In this document: piece after piece, positions 9,729 to 17,700 of the stretch | Layout: every line of letters starts with the position of its first letter | How positions within the stretch are numbered: position 1 is the first letter of the stretch | Origin: a virus | Strand: one strand, 5' to 3' | Virus record (IMG/VR): IMGVR_UViG_3300029135_000007 | Span: 1-57,937 of that record | Length of the DNA stretch: 57,937 bases | Notes under the pieces: generated by a model | What the model saw: the letters and a program-made list of their open reading frames with translations, nothing else | Told to the model about the DNA's origin: nothing | Databases searched by the model: none | Made by a program: the position numbers and the translations under genes

Positions 9729-9862
9729 TTATGTACCCGGCTTAATTTACCGTTGCTCGATGAAATGAGAAATAGCCTGAAACTCATTTCATCGAGAGCC
9801 GGGAATAACGGGGGAGGTTGTCATAAGGAGAATTTTCCCATGCAATCCTTGGAGAATCGTTG

Positions 9863-9941
9863 TGCTGCGTAACGGAATTGAACCGTCGCTCGCCAGAAGA
9901 GGGGGAATATTCTGGCATTCCCAACCAGCAGGGAACGCAAC
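9863..9941 (-). ncRNA. tRNA-like element (acceptor stem and T arm intact, aberrant anticodon arm); pseudo-tRNA or part of a larger RNA
   Basis: GTTGCGT/ACGCAGC acceptor pairing and a GACGG-TTCAATT-CCGTT T arm, but the central arm is a 7-bp stem (GCCAGAA/TTCTGGC) with an 11-nt loop and the D stem has only 3 bp. Confidence 0.3.
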
Positions 9942-10153
9942 ATATAAACCCGGCGAATGGAAAGAGTGAAAAGCATTCGCCGGTAAAGGAGGAATATGCT
10001 CGTTGGCACGCAAGCGAGTAAAAATGACAAAACCTCGCCATGTCGGGCTATTCCCTAGAGGAAGCTGCAAAACTTCCTGTGTACATTATAAGCGTTATCA
10101 AGTGGTAAAATCAAATAAATAGACCCAGCGAACACAATATATTGTGTTTTTAA

Positions 10154-11821
10154 TCAAAATGGCCTCTTGACAGGCTCGATTTTACTGATTCCGTTGTAAA
10201 GTTCATCGGCAAGCTGCGCCAGACTGTCCGGTGCATCATCGTGCGGAACTTTGCCAAGCTGCGTGAACATCGTCACCTGTTCCATGAACGCTTTGTACTC
10301 TTTCAACTGGTGCTTTTCGTCAAGGAAATAGAACCGTTTAATGTCCGGCGCATACTGGATGATTCTGGACAGCTTGCTTTGACCGCTGGGCGCACGCTGG
10401 CTGCGGACAGAGCAGTGATAGCCCTGCTGCCGGAGTTGGCTGTCTACCACATCACAGTATTCATCACCGCCGTTGTTGGCTTCTCCGCGCACCACGTTGA
10501 TTTTATGCTGGATGATTTTGCCCACGACTTCCGGTCTGGTCACGGTCTTATCGCCATTATTGAACACAAGGTCAGGAATGAACACGGCATCGCCGTACAC
10601 ATAGGCGATAGGACAGGCGGTGAAGTCACCGCCGCCCCATGCAATATCCATGACCATGAGCTTGCGATCAGGCTCTCCATCGGGCAGAACGCCGTTGAAA
10701 TACCGCAGTTCATCGGCAGGGAACAGCAATCCTTCACGCACATAAGGCTTACCCATGTACTTTGCCCACCATGTTGCATCGTCAATGCTGGCTTTCATGT
10801 CAGCATAGTAGGCATCGTCAAATCCCACGCCGTAATCATAATTGAAATTGCTGTGCCCGTTCTCGTCCACAGCAGGAATCACCCGGAATCTGTACTTAGG
10901 ATTGTCTGCATACTGGCTTTGGATGCGCCCCAGAGGGTCAAGCACGTTCCAGCGAGTGCCGACCATCAGCTCCAATGCGCCCTGCTTTTTGCGGTCTTTT
11001 AGCTGGTTCAGATAGGCATCGTACTTGTTGTTCAGACGCTCAACGTTTAGGCTTTCTTCCAAGTCCTCGATCAAGTCATCACTGTACAGAACGCCGCCCT
11101 CGCCAATTTCAACAGCACCAGTTAGCGTACCGCCAATGGAGCGGCAAGTAAGGGTAGGGAAGCGCTTTTTACGGTTCAGGTCAACGCTTTCGTCCTTTGA
11201 ACTTTTGTCCACAAGCTGAACATCAGGGAAGATTTTGCCCCAGTTGTAGGTCACAGGGTCAGTGATAATAGACAGCACTTCGCCATAGAAGCCGTTGGTC
11301 AGCTTGTCAGAATGTCCGCTCATAACCGATGCAACGTCCGGTCGGTTGCCCATCAACCATGTAATAAAGAAAATGCACAACGTGGATTTTCCGGTTCTCG
11401 GGGGCTGACTGACCCCAAGAAATTCTACTCGATGGAAAAACAAGTCCTCTAGGTCACGAACCAGCGTCAGAAGCACCTTTCTGCGTGGCTGGTAGAACTT
11501 CTTTTCCGGCGCACGGTTCCATTCAAGGTAGATGCAATAGCTGTCGAACACATCCTTTGCTTCAAACAGGTACGTCCGACCGATAATATCATAAACCTTC
11601 GCCACGTCCTCGCCTGTTTTCATCTTGCCCATCATGGCTGCGCAGACAGAGCGCAGTTCACCAGAGTATTTGTAGGCATCGAACCGCTTGTTTTTCGGCA
11701 GGGCATCTCTCAGGTTCACGACCGCCTGAAACCAGTCCTCGTAGACCTGTGCTTCTGTCGGATTCTGCTTTGCATACGCTTTGATGCTGTCAATGATAGC
11801 GATACACTGTTTTGGCTGCAT
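10154..11821 (-). CDS. terL: terminase large subunit
   Basis: Walker A motif in ...GVSQPPRTGKST...; C-terminal nuclease-like half; start taken at MQPKQCIAIID (ATG 11821); portal gene downstream. Confidence 0.85.
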   Translation of the reverse strand: MQPKQCIAIIDSIKAYAKQNPTEAQVYEDWFQAVVNLRDALPKNKRFDAYKYSGELRSVCAAMMGKMKTGEDVAKVYDIIGRTYLFEAKDVFDSYCIYLEWNRAPEKKFYQPRRKVLLTLVRDLEDLFFHRVEFLGVSQPPRTGKSTLCIFFITWLMGNRPDVASVMSGHSDKLTNGFYGEVLSIITDPVTYNWGKIFPDVQLVDKSSKDESVDLNRKKRFPTLTCRSIGGTLTGAVEIGEGGVLYSDDLIEDLEESLNVERLNNKYDAYLNQLKDRKKQGALELMVGTRWNVLDPLGRIQSQYADNPKYRFRVIPAVDENGHSNFNYDYGVGFDDAYYADMKASIDDATWWAKYMGKPYVREGLLFPADELRYFNGVLPDGEPDRKLMVMDIAWGGGDFTACPIAYVYGDAVFIPDLVFNNGDKTVTRPEVVGKIIQHKINVVRGEANNGGDEYCDVVDSQLRQQGYHCSVRSQRAPSGQSKLSRIIQYAPDIKRFYFLDEKHQLKEYKAFMEQVTMFTQLGKVPHDDAPDSLAQLADELYNGISKIEPVKRPF

Positions 11822-11829
11822 AAAAAAAT

Positions 11830-11863
11830 AGGCACCCCCTACCTGAAAATGTAAAGAGTGCCT
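11830..11863 (-). terminator. hairpin plus T-run immediately upstream of the terL start
   Basis: aggcac...gtgcct stem followed on the minus strand by ATTTTTTT, which runs into the terL ATG. Confidence 0.35.
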
Positions 11864-11892
11864 ACAACTGCACAAAAATCAAATATTCGGTT

Positions 11893-12054
11893 TTATTCTA
11901 GGTTGCGAAAAATGCCAAAAGTTCGCTTCAATCCAGACCCGATGGTTTTCTTCACATACCGCTTATACCACGAGCATCTGTGACCCTTTCGGCATCTATA
12001 ATCGCAATAGTGGCATTCACCTGTTGTCCTGCGCTTGTAAAGCCCTTTCTTCAT
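11893..12054 (-). CDS. small basic Cys-rich protein
   Basis: 53 aa from MKKGLYKRR; overlaps the recombinase stop; no family recognised. Confidence 0.3.
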   Translation of the reverse strand: MKKGLYKRRTTGECHYCDYRCRKGHRCSWYKRYVKKTIGSGLKRTFGIFRNLE

Positions 12055-12058
12055 AGAT

Positions 12059-12616
12059 TCACCTGTTCTGTTCAGCAATCCGATACCATGTCTGGCGGGT
12101 CACACCAAGCTGTTTGGCAGCATCGGTGACGGTCAGCAAACGTTTTTCCACCTGTTCGTGCAGAATATCAAAGAGGTTGCGGTCATACTCAGTGGGCTTG
12201 CGACCTTTATAAACGCCTTTCTGCTTTGCCACTTCGATACCCTCTTGCTGGCGGTCAAGCATATTCTGTCGTTCAAATTCGTTGATGGCTGCAATCATCG
12301 TCAGCATCAGTTTACCGGTGGGAGTGCCTGTATCTAGGTTTTCTTTATCACTTGCAAGGTGTACGCCGTTAGCTTGTAGCGTTTCGACCATTTCAAGCAA
12401 GTCCTTTGTGCTACGGGCAAGGCGGCTGAAATCGTGGATAAACACGGTATCGCCCGGCTGAACTGATTTAAGCATCTTCTGCAACTCTGGTCTATCCATA
12501 TTCTTGCCAGAGACCTTCTCGATAAACCAACGGTCAATGTTATGCCGCTTCAACGCTTCTACCTGTCGTGCTTCATTCTGTTCGACAGTAGACACACGAA
12601 CATACGCTACGTTCAT
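12059..12616 (-). CDS. small serine recombinase (resolvase/invertase family)
   Basis: 185 aa; N-terminal YVRVSTVEQ catalytic-serine motif, ...DFSRLARS..., C-terminal HTH (LTVTDAAKQLGVTRQTWYR). Confidence 0.9.
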   Translation of the reverse strand: MNVAYVRVSTVEQNEARQVEALKRHNIDRWFIEKVSGKNMDRPELQKMLKSVQPGDTVFIHDFSRLARSTKDLLEMVETLQANGVHLASDKENLDTGTPTGKLMLTMIAAINEFERQNMLDRQQEGIEVAKQKGVYKGRKPTEYDRNLFDILHEQVEKRLLTVTDAAKQLGVTRQTWYRIAEQNR

Positions 12617-12924
12617 TCAGAATCACTGTCCTTTTCAATTACAGTGCCTTCAACACGATAAGCACCAACGCCAATATCTCCCATGTCTGGTTCAACCACG
12701 ATTCGATAATTCATAGCTTTTAAGAGTTTATAAAAGCTAGAAAGATTTAAGCTCTCATTCTTAAAGCACTGATACAAAGCCTGTCTTGAAGTAAAGCCAG
12801 CTTCATTGGCAATATAAGCTGTTGTTATGCCATACTGCTTCATAAGTTCTTTAACTATCTCTACGCCATTCGTTGAAACATTAAAAGGCTCTTTCTTTTC
12901 TGTCACTTTTTTGTATTTCCCCAT
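12613..12924 (-). CDS. HTH DNA-binding protein co-transcribed with the recombinase
   Basis: 103 aa; stop overlaps the recombinase start; low-GC gene; HTH-like ...ITTAYIANEAGFTSRQALYQ... Confidence 0.45.
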   Translation of the reverse strand: MGKYKKVTEKKEPFNVSTNGVEIVKELMKQYGITTAYIANEAGFTSRQALYQCFKNESLNLSSFYKLLKAMNYRIVVEPDMGDIGVGAYRVEGTVIEKDSDSE

Positions 12925-12947
12925 TTCATGTCACCCTTTCTGATTAT

Positions 12948-12976
12948 ATTGTAAATAATTTTGTTTGGTTTGTCAA
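12948..12976 (-). promoter_or_regulatory. sigma-70-type promoter TTGACA-17-TACAAT for the HTH-recombinase operon
   Basis: Minus strand reads ttgacaaaccaaacaaaattatttacaat about 25 nt upstream of the 12924 start. Confidence 0.6.
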
Positions 12977-13016
12977 TAGGAAATTTTATTTACTATCATT
13001 AGGGTCACTTTTTATC

Positions 13017-13144
13017 AACACTTTTTTGTGTTAGTTTACAGCTTGTATAATTATCGTATTATCAAGTTTTACTATAAATTTCCGCCCCAATTCTAACACA
13101 TTAAAGTGTCAAAACCACTATCAAAAATGTACACTAAAACGTGT
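13017..13144. repeat. three imperfect palindromes AACAC-N5-6-GTGT(T) (13017-13032, 13095-13109, 13131-13144): operator or res-type recombinase sites
   Basis: aacacttttttgtgtt, aacacattaaagtgt and acactaaaacgtgt, read directly in the AT-rich gap between two divergent consensus promoters. Confidence 0.5.
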
Positions 13145-13174
13145 TTTAACGTACAAATTATACAAATTGGGCTG

Positions 13175-13203
13175 TTGACAACTATATACCAAACGTCTAT
13201 AAT
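13175..13203 (+). promoter_or_regulatory. perfect consensus promoter TTGACA-17-TATAAT for the plus-strand antirepressor operon
   Basis: ttgaca(13175-13180), a 17-nt spacer, tataat(13198-13203). Confidence 0.7.
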
Positions 13204-13415
13204 CTAAGACAGCAGAACACACGATAAATCAGCCAACAACGGAAGATTTATCCTTTGTGGCATAAAAAAATAGGCCGTCAGCATACCGACCAAAGTAGCA
13301 CTGACGACCTATTCCACCACAAAACAGAAGCTGCGCAACCAAGGGCGCAGTCTCGGTTTCTGTCAATTATTATAGCAGAAGCAAACGACTTCTGCAATAG
13401 AAAGGAGCAAAAAAC

Positions 13416-13574
13416 ATGAACTTTCCCACGACAACCGAAGAATTTCTGAAAACCCTCGCCCACGGCAAAGAGCCGACCAGCGAGGGCAGGGAGTACGCAG
13501 AAGCGCTGGGCAAGCTGTCCGAACTGAACTACCGGGCAGGGTACGAAGCGGGAGCAACCAAAAATAAGGGCTAA
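13416..13574 (+). CDS. small hypothetical protein (52 aa)
   Basis: ATG preceded by RBS aaaggagc; not in the track because it is under 60 aa; MNFPTTTEEFLKTLAHGKEP... Confidence 0.4.
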   Translation: MNFPTTTEEFLKTLAHGKEPTSEGREYAEALGKLSELNYRAGYEAGATKNKG

Positions 13575-13710
13575 GTTTTGCGCAAAACGTAGAAAGTGGT
13601 TTGTCAAGATGAACGAACACTAAATGTTGTGTTTCGTTGGTCTATTTCCGCTTGACTTTACTACATTTTGCGATTACACTTAATGCACCTCAAAGAAAGG
13701 AGATGAAAAC

Positions 13711-13884
13711 ATGGCAAGAAGTCCCTACATCGAAGCATACCGCCATCAGGTAGCCGTTGGCTTCACTGATCGTCAGTATGAGTTGCTGGTGGAGCACTGC
13801 AAGAAGTGCCGCGTGTCACTGTCACAGGCCGTCCGCGATGCCTACCTTGAGAAGTACCCCATGCCCGATGAAAACGAAAAATGA
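13711..13884 (+). CDS. ribbon-helix-helix (Arc/CopG-like) protein, 57 aa
   Basis: RBS aaaggaga; ...HQVAVGFTDRQYELLVEHCKKCRVSLSQAVRDAYLEKY fits a beta-strand plus two helices RHH pattern. Confidence 0.45.
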   Translation: MARSPYIEAYRHQVAVGFTDRQYELLVEHCKKCRVSLSQAVRDAYLEKYPMPDENEK

Positions 13885-14003
13885 TACGTCCGCTAAAGTT
13901 TGCCGACCTGAGCGAGCGTATCATGTAAACCCTGAGAGAAGCATTCTCTCGCCGTTATTATAGCAGAAAATTGCTTCTCTCACAAGTGAAAAGGAGCTTT
14001 TTA

Positions 14004-14786
14004 ATGCAACTTTCTTTGTCTGAGAACATCAAAATCTTCAACAACGCCGAGTTTGGCGAAATCCGCGTCATGCTCATTGACGATGGCCCTTGGTTTGTTG
14101 GCAAGGACATTGCGGTGGCTTTAGGCTACAATAACCCGCAGAAAGCAATCCGTGACCACGTTGATGAACAGGACAGAGGGGTGAACGAAATGGACACCCC
14201 CGGTGGTAAGCAGCCCATTGTCATCATCAACGAATCCGGCCTATACAGTCTGATTTTCAGTAGCAAGCTGGAAAGCGCACAGCGGTTCAAGCACTGGGTC
14301 ACTCACGAGGTCTTGCCGTCCATTCGCAAGCATGGGATGTACATGACCGACAACCTGTTGGAGACGGCTATTGCCAACCCGGACTTTGTGATCGGGCTGA
14401 TTCAAAACATGAAGGCCGAGAAGGAAAAGAGTGCAGCATTGCAGATGCAGAACAAGCAGCTCTACGAGAAGAACGAAGAGATGCAGCCTAAGGCGGACTA
14501 CTTCGATGACCTTGTGGCGTGGAACGTGTCTACCAATTTCCGCTCGACCGCAAAGGAACTGCGCATTCCAGAACGCCTGTTCATCAAGATGCTTATTTCT
14601 GACGGTTACATCTACCGTGACAAGAGCAAGGGCATCCTGCCGAAAGCTGGCAAGGGTGACGGTCTGTTTGCGGTCAAGGAATACTGCAACCAGAAGAACA
14701 AGCACGGTGGCGTACAAACCAGAGTAACGCCGAAAGGTCGTGAGACGTTCCGTCTGCTCTATGCAAGCATCCGTAGAAACGGATAA
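14004..14786 (+). CDS. BRO-N domain antirepressor-like protein
   Basis: N-terminus ...FNNAEFGEIRVMLIDDGPWFVGKDIAVALGY...ESGLYSLIFSSKLESAQRFKHWVTHEVLPSIRKHG is a classic BRO-N domain; the C-terminal half is antirepressor-like. Confidence 0.8.
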   Translation: MQLSLSENIKIFNNAEFGEIRVMLIDDGPWFVGKDIAVALGYNNPQKAIRDHVDEQDRGVNEMDTPGGKQPIVIINESGLYSLIFSSKLESAQRFKHWVTHEVLPSIRKHGMYMTDNLLETAIANPDFVIGLIQNMKAEKEKSAALQMQNKQLYEKNEEMQPKADYFDDLVAWNVSTNFRSTAKELRIPERLFIKMLISDGYIYRDKSKGILPKAGKGDGLFAVKEYCNQKNKHGGVQTRVTPKGRETFRLLYASIRRNG

Positions 14787-14858
14787 TTGATGTTTTTCTG
14801 AAAAATCCGAAAAACTCACACGGCGGACGTTTTTGTCCTCCGTGAAATAGTCCAATAG

Positions 14859-14899
14859 AAAAGCCAGTGGTTAGAAAACATCTAGCCGCTGGCTTTTTG
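14859..14899. terminator. bidirectional rho-independent terminator
   Basis: aaaagccagtgg...ccgctggcttttt: 9-bp stem flanked by an A-run and a T-run, between convergent genes. Confidence 0.65.
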
Positions 14900-14908
14900 T
14901 GTTATGCG

Positions 14909-15664
14909 TTAATCTTGAATGGCAACCACTTCATAAGAGCTATAACCAGTAAATCCACTCAAGGGATGAAGCTCAAATGATGCTGTTTGGCCCGAAGCAA
15001 GGCCGTCCATGATGTAAGTATATTCACCGCCAACAGGAACTTCATTTCCTTCGGTGTCTTTCATTTTGTAAAGAACAACGACCTTGACTGCGTTGCTTGT
15101 AAACTGGCTGTTGTTCGTAACCTGTCCAGTGAATCGCAAATCATAGCCGGAACCACGTTTGGAAACGTTGGTAACAGCAAGTTCTCCAGCACGAACAATC
15201 TGATTGGCAGGGCTTGCTTCGTGAACGTTCCAGTTCTCTGCGCTTGTCGTATATTCAATTCTTGCTGGCTTAACACCATCGGAATCAAAAGCGATATAAT
15301 CGCCATACCAATAAGAATCACCCTCGCCAATCCAGTCCAGCGTTTCAGAACCAGTCTTTAAGACGGAGCCATCTTCGCCGTATACCGTTACATTCAGCGA
15401 AACAAAATCGACAGCCCAATCGGTGTTGGGATTTTCAACCAATACAGCGTAGAACACATAGTATCTCGTTTTACCGTACTCGTATTTGGTTTCAAGGTGA
15501 CTATGGGATTCTTTAATGTTTATTGGCTGAACTTGCGTTGCGTTAATTTCTTCCAGCTCAACAGGAGCAGACCATTCATCAGGCTTTGTAGTTGCCATTG
15601 CGCTAATAGGCATAGCAAGCATCATAGCCGCTGCTAGAGCCGCCGCAATGATTTTCTTTCTCAT
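14909..15664 (-). CDS. secreted protein with signal peptide (moron; possible cell-surface or exclusion function)
   Basis: Start taken at MRKKIIAAALAAAMMLAMPISAMA (RBS aaggaaga); beta-rich mature part; has its own terminator. Confidence 0.55.
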   Translation of the reverse strand: MRKKIIAAALAAAMMLAMPISAMATTKPDEWSAPVELEEINATQVQPINIKESHSHLETKYEYGKTRYYVFYAVLVENPNTDWAVDFVSLNVTVYGEDGSVLKTGSETLDWIGEGDSYWYGDYIAFDSDGVKPARIEYTTSAENWNVHEASPANQIVRAGELAVTNVSKRGSGYDLRFTGQVTNNSQFTSNAVKVVVLYKMKDTEGNEVPVGGEYTYIMDGLASGQTASFELHPLSGFTGYSSYEVVAIQD

Positions 15665-15845
15665 TTTTGATTCTTCCTTTCTTTGGCGCGTTGCCTTTAG
15701 CTGATTATAACACAATCTAGCCCCCGAAAGGGGTCTTTTTGTATTTTTTGGAATTTTTGGAGACTTGCACAATCAGATGGGGTTTGATTTGTGAAGATGG
15801 GGTAGGTGTTGGCAAGGGAAACGCCTTTTTATGAGTTTCGGAATT

Positions 15846-16100
15846 CGGGAGACTGACCACCCGGCCCCCGGCTCTCCCTGTATACCCTGCCGGTGCACCC
15901 CTGCCCCATCCAGCGCACCAGGAAGGACTACACCGGGCAGGCCGTACTAGATGCAAGGGCAAACCATGCAAGACACGGCGCACCGACACACACGCCCGGA
16001 CGCTGGACACGCTGCATCGGTCTGCACCCGATACCAGACCGCCCACGCTGGGCAGATCGTAACGGCGGCGGGCGGGCAGTGTGTCCGATAGGGCACGCCC
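15846..16100. other. GC-rich ORF-free block A
   Basis: By eye about two-thirds G+C, against roughly half in the flanks. Only short implausible Arg/Pro/Cys-rich ORFs. Shares collinear short blocks with 17830-18316. Confidence 0.5.
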
Positions 16101-16153
16101 AAACGGACAGAATTATTGTAAACAAAAATATTCATTTTTTATGTGCAAACCCC

Positions 16154-16182
16154 TTGACAAAAGAAATAAAATTGTTTACAAT
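16154..16182 (+). promoter_or_regulatory. promoter TTGACA-17-TACAAT for the plus-strand small-gene cassette
   Basis: ttgaca(16154-16159), a 17-nt spacer, tacaat(16177-16182), about 55 nt upstream of ATG 16237. Confidence 0.65.
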
Positions 16183-16236
16183 ATAGACAGTAAACAAACT
16201 TATTTACACCACCACCAAAACAGGAGGACAAAAACC

Positions 16237-16575
16237 ATGAAAGCAAAAAGAACCATGCGGGATATTAAATCCCAGTATCCGACCATTATCCAAATCGGCT
16301 ATTGCGATTTGCAGAATATGCTCTGCATGGATGACTCCGCAGCGTATACCGCTGGTGTGTACGGCTGGAATGCAGACATCTACCCTATCACTTCTGGGGT
16401 TGCAATCTGCACCGGGTACCTCCCTTTTGGTAACGTCAAGCCCGACCTGGAAACTGTCAACCGCTACGAAAAGCGGGCGCGGGAAATGCGCCGGGATTTG
16501 TGGAACGCTGAGGAACTGGCGGCGCACCTGCACAACTTGCAGAAAGAATTTATTCGGGAGGTGTGCAACGTATGA
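16237..16575 (+). CDS. hypothetical protein (112 aa)
   Basis: Start taken at MKAKRTMRD after RBS aggagga; ...IGYCDLQNML...YGWNADIY... Confidence 0.55.
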   Translation: MKAKRTMRDIKSQYPTIIQIGYCDLQNMLCMDDSAAYTAGVYGWNADIYPITSGVAICTGYLPFGNVKPDLETVNRYEKRAREMRRDLWNAEELAAHLHNLQKEFIREVCNV

Positions 16576-16793
16576 ACAAGCTTGTTTTTGAGGTGAACAA
16601 CGGCAGAAAATTGGAACTTGTGCAGCGGGAGGATAACGGAACGGCCCTTATTTGCTCCCTTGATGCACCGGACAATGAAGCATATATAAGCGCTGGTGAC
16701 TTTGTGCAGCTGATTAACCTTTATCGCTATTGCAAGCGGTACGACATTAAGAACGATTGGATTAACCCCAACGGCAAAAATGCGGAGGTCTAA
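16572..16793 (+). CDS. hypothetical protein (73 aa)
   Basis: ATGA overlap with the upstream stop; MNKLVFEVNNGRKLELV... Confidence 0.5.
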   Translation: MNKLVFEVNNGRKLELVQREDNGTALICSLDAPDNEAYISAGDFVQLINLYRYCKRYDIKNDWINPNGKNAEV

Positions 16794-16795
16794 AA

Positions 16796-16891
16796 ATGAT
16801 TACTCTTGACTTTTCCCAGTGGGCTGCAATCTGGTACGTTGGCGGCATGATCTCCGGCGCACTCGTTATGATTGCATTTCTTAACAGCTAA
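16796..16891 (+). CDS. small membrane peptide (31 aa)
   Basis: RBS gcggaggt; MITLDFSQWAAIWYVGGMISGALVMIAFLNS; below the track size cutoff. Confidence 0.35.
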   Translation: MITLDFSQWAAIWYVGGMISGALVMIAFLNS

Positions 16892-16906
16892 GGAGGCGGG
16901 CAAATA

Positions 16907-17104
16907 ATGACAATCGATATTTACAAGCCGGAGCTTTCCACAGAGTATCGCGGCAACGTGAAAGCCGCAATTAATGCCGGTGCTTATAGTATATGGAACG
17001 CAGAACGCATTACAGGCGCTTTTAACTTTGGGCACGGAACGCAAGCCGATTTTGAGCGATACAAAAAGTTAAATTCCGCGTTGCATCTTTATATGGAGGT
17101 ATGA
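16907..17104 (+). CDS. hypothetical protein (65 aa)
   Basis: RBS aaggaggc; track ORF. Confidence 0.5.
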   Translation: MTIDIYKPELSTEYRGNVKAAINAGAYSIWNAERITGAFNFGHGTQADFERYKKLNSALHLYMEV

Positions 17105-17108
17105 AAAA

Positions 17109-17372
17109 ATGACGTTGTTTGAAGAAAAAGTGAACGAATACCGCGAAAATAAGCGGCTGTTGGAAGAGCTGGAAGCGATGAACGAAAGCATAAAAGCGGA
17201 TATTATAACCATGATGCAGGGCGCGCCGGAAATGGTACAAGGCACGGCAAAGGCCATTTATAAGGACGTGCAGAGCGTCCGGCTGGATAGCAAGCTTTTG
17301 AAGACGCTGCACCCGGATGTATACGCAGAGTGCAGCAGCAAGACCACATACAAGCGTTTTAGCGTGGTATAA
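17109..17372 (+). CDS. hypothetical coiled-coil protein (87 aa)
   Basis: Track ORF; ...NKRLLEELEAMNESIKADII... Confidence 0.5.
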   Translation: MTLFEEKVNEYRENKRLLEELEAMNESIKADIITMMQGAPEMVQGTAKAIYKDVQSVRLDSKLLKTLHPDVYAECSSKTTYKRFSVV

Positions 17373-17385
17373 GGGGGTGCAAGCT

Positions 17386-17451
17386 GTGATTTTATCTACA
17401 ATCTTGTTTTGTTTTTGGTTTTTCAGCGCCTTGTTTAAGGCGAGCAAGTAA
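17386..17451 (+). CDS. possible small hydrophobic peptide (21 aa, GTG start)
   Basis: RBS aaggggg 8 nt upstream; VILSTILFCFWFFSALFKASK. Confidence 0.2.
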   Translation: MILSTILFCFWFFSALFKASK

Positions 17452-17466
17452 GGAGGGCTATATATT

Positions 17467-17625
17467 ATGACTACTAATAAGGGATATGACGCAATGACCG
17501 GACTGTATACCACCCGTTACTATGCACGCAAGGCCGCAACCGGCGCAGATGTTGTTGTTAAGGTCTGCGGCGGTTATACCATCATGACGGCAGCAGATTA
17601 TAACATCTGGCGCAATCAGCGTTGA
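17467..17625 (+). CDS. small hypothetical protein (52 aa)
   Basis: RBS taaggaggg; MTTNKGYDAMTGLYTTRYYARKAATGADVVVKVCGGYTIM...; followed by two terminators. Confidence 0.45.
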   Translation: MTTNKGYDAMTGLYTTRYYARKAATGADVVVKVCGGYTIMTAADYNIWRNQR

Positions 17626-17642
17626 CACAATTTCAGATTCAA

Positions 17643-17700
17643 CCCCGCTTCGGCGGGGCTTTTCTTTTGCCTTGCATCGACTGATGCAGGGCTTTTATTT
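17643..17700 (+). terminator. tandem rho-independent terminators ending the plus-strand cassette
   Basis: ccccgc-ttcg-gcgggg followed by cttttctttt, then ccttgcatc...gatgcaggg followed by cttttattttt. Confidence 0.7.

Noticed and set aside
9784-10070. Three overlapping minus-strand ORFs (69-93 aa) between the tRNA and terL
   Set aside because: All three frames are open over the same stretch, none has an RBS, and the composition is odd. The region is dominated by long hairpins and a tRNA-like element, so an RNA-level function is more likely.
12059-12616. Serine recombinase acting as the prophage integrase
   Set aside because: At 185 aa, with only the catalytic domain plus a short HTH, it belongs to the resolvase/invertase size class. 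Large serine integrases are 450-700 aa. No attP-like features were recognised, and a plasmid replicon is present.
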